This document shows positions 26,285-27,343 of a DNA stretch of 27,343 nt, in pieces. The notes beneath the pieces are model-generated. The model was not told where the DNA came from. It saw only the letters and a program-made list of their open reading frames with translations, and made no database searches. Source of the stretch: a virus (taxonomy: Duplodnaviria > Heunggongvirae > Uroviricota > Caudoviricetes); the IMG/VR virus record IMGVR_UViG_2734482779_000006, positions 1-27,343 of that record; one strand, 5' to 3'. Within the stretch, counting starts at the first letter, position 1, and each line of letters starts with the position of its first letter. The position numbers were made by a program, and so were the translations under genes.

Positions 26285-27343
26285 TTAAATATCATCAAAA
26301 TTAACACCTGGCGCAGATAGTTGATTAATTTCATTTTGATATTTCGCCTGGCGATTTTGAAGTCTTTTTTCAACGTTATCTTCGAGATCCTTAAAGTCTT
26401 TGTGTTTATTTTCAGGATGGTCAACGTCAACTTTGTTAGCGAATAAATTAGAAATTATTTCTTTTACATTGTCGCGTCTAAATTTTGCATCGTCCACTTG
26501 AAAATTATATCTTATTGCTCGACCTAAACGTTTAAAAACTTCGTTAGGTTCTCTCAGTCTTTCCCCGTTGAGCTCGTTTACAACCTGATGATCGGAACCT
26601 GTTGCAAATGATTCTGCCATGATAGCTTTACTGCTTTCAAACCACGCTGAAGCATTCCTGGCTTTTTCACTACAATATTGGGTGAGACTATCACCATTAA
26701 TACGAATTCCTCTTTGAATGTGGTAGTCGTCCTGATCGTAGTAACCGAGAGATAAGTAATCATTTCCGTTTTTATTTTTAATTACAATAGCGAGAGAGTC
26801 GCCTTTTTTATCTTTACCGTACCAGGTAAATAAGTCCGTTGGTTCGCTATTCCCGCTCTCATCAAACTCCGTTACCGTATGTCTGAGTTTGTGTGATATC
26901 TTATCGAAGATAAAACCAGGATCTCCATCATATATTTCTTTTAATGCGCTGAAGATCATTTCCTTGTTATTGATATCATGAGTCTTCTCAACTATGTTGT
27001 CATTAATGATAGTACGGACGAGTTCTTTGTCTTTATAGTTCGCAGGTAATTCTATTGGTTCTTGGTTGTCGATACCAATAGTAATATGGTCTGTATCATT
27101 GGAGCCAATATCAATATAAGTAACTGAGGAATTATTAATATTAAATCTATAAGGATCGTCGTTTACTCGTATGGCGTTTTTTATAAGCTCAAGTAGATGT
27201 TTAATACAGGTGCTTATTCCTTCCTTACCATTAAAAAGGTTTTTGAGCTCTTGTACTAATCCATTAACTTCATCATTGTTATTTTCATTAATGGATTCTG
27301 GGTAAGTTGCGCTGGTATTGTTGATTGAAATAGATGGTAGCAT
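26285..27343 (-). CDS. yfdF: uncharacterized protein YfdF
   Basis: 352-aa ORF starting at the last base of the window; size and position next to mlaA match K-12 yfdF; AT-rich, N/D/K-rich sequence. Confidence 0.6.
   Translation of the reverse strand: MLPSISINNTSATYPESINENNNDEVNGLVQELKNLFNGKEGISTCIKHLLELIKNAIRVNDDPYRFNINNSSVTYIDIGSNDTDHITIGIDNQEPIELPANYKDKELVRTIINDNIVEKTHDINNKEMIFSALKEIYDGDPGFIFDKISHKLRHTVTEFDESGNSEPTDLFTWYGKDKKGDSLAIVIKNKNGNDYLSLGYYDQDDYHIQRGIRINGDSLTQYCSEKARNASAWFESSKAIMAESFATGSDHQVVNELNGERLREPNEVFKRLGRAIRYNFQVDDAKFRRDNVKEIISNLFANKVDVDHPENKHKDFKDLEDNVEKRLQNRQAKYQNEINQLSAPGVNFDDI

Overview
This window reads as an Escherichia coli chromosomal segment at the tRNA-Arg (argW) integration site, carrying two mobile elements in tandem followed by host genes. 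Positions 1-11346 are the tail-proximal end of a P22-family (Sf6/HK620-like) prophage: ejection-protein genes, a SieA-like membrane protein, an immI-type module (mnt, arc, ant), an HNH endonuclease, a 710-aa tailspike and an IntS-type integrase. Positions 11331-23986 are a roughly 12.6-kb P4-like satellite bounded by a 16-bp direct repeat of the argW 3' end. It carries a second IntS-family integrase, an AlpA-family regulator, a cassette of small overlapping genes, an alpha-type primase-helicase, a P2-type integrase translationally coupled to the primase, a 30-bp perfect inverted repeat flanking a GGTTAC iteron array, an Ogr/Delta zinc-finger activator, a ribbon-helix-helix gene, a coupled scaffold-like plus capsid-like gene pair, and a mazEF-like toxin-antitoxin pair. 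Positions 23972-27343 are host DNA: argW, yfdC, mlaA and yfdF. The most unusual features are the chimeric satellite late module (Ogr, scaffold-like, capsid-like) and a standalone ClpX zinc-binding-domain-like gene wedged between arc and ant. All protein assignments rest on reading the translations against remembered family sequences and motifs; no database search was run.
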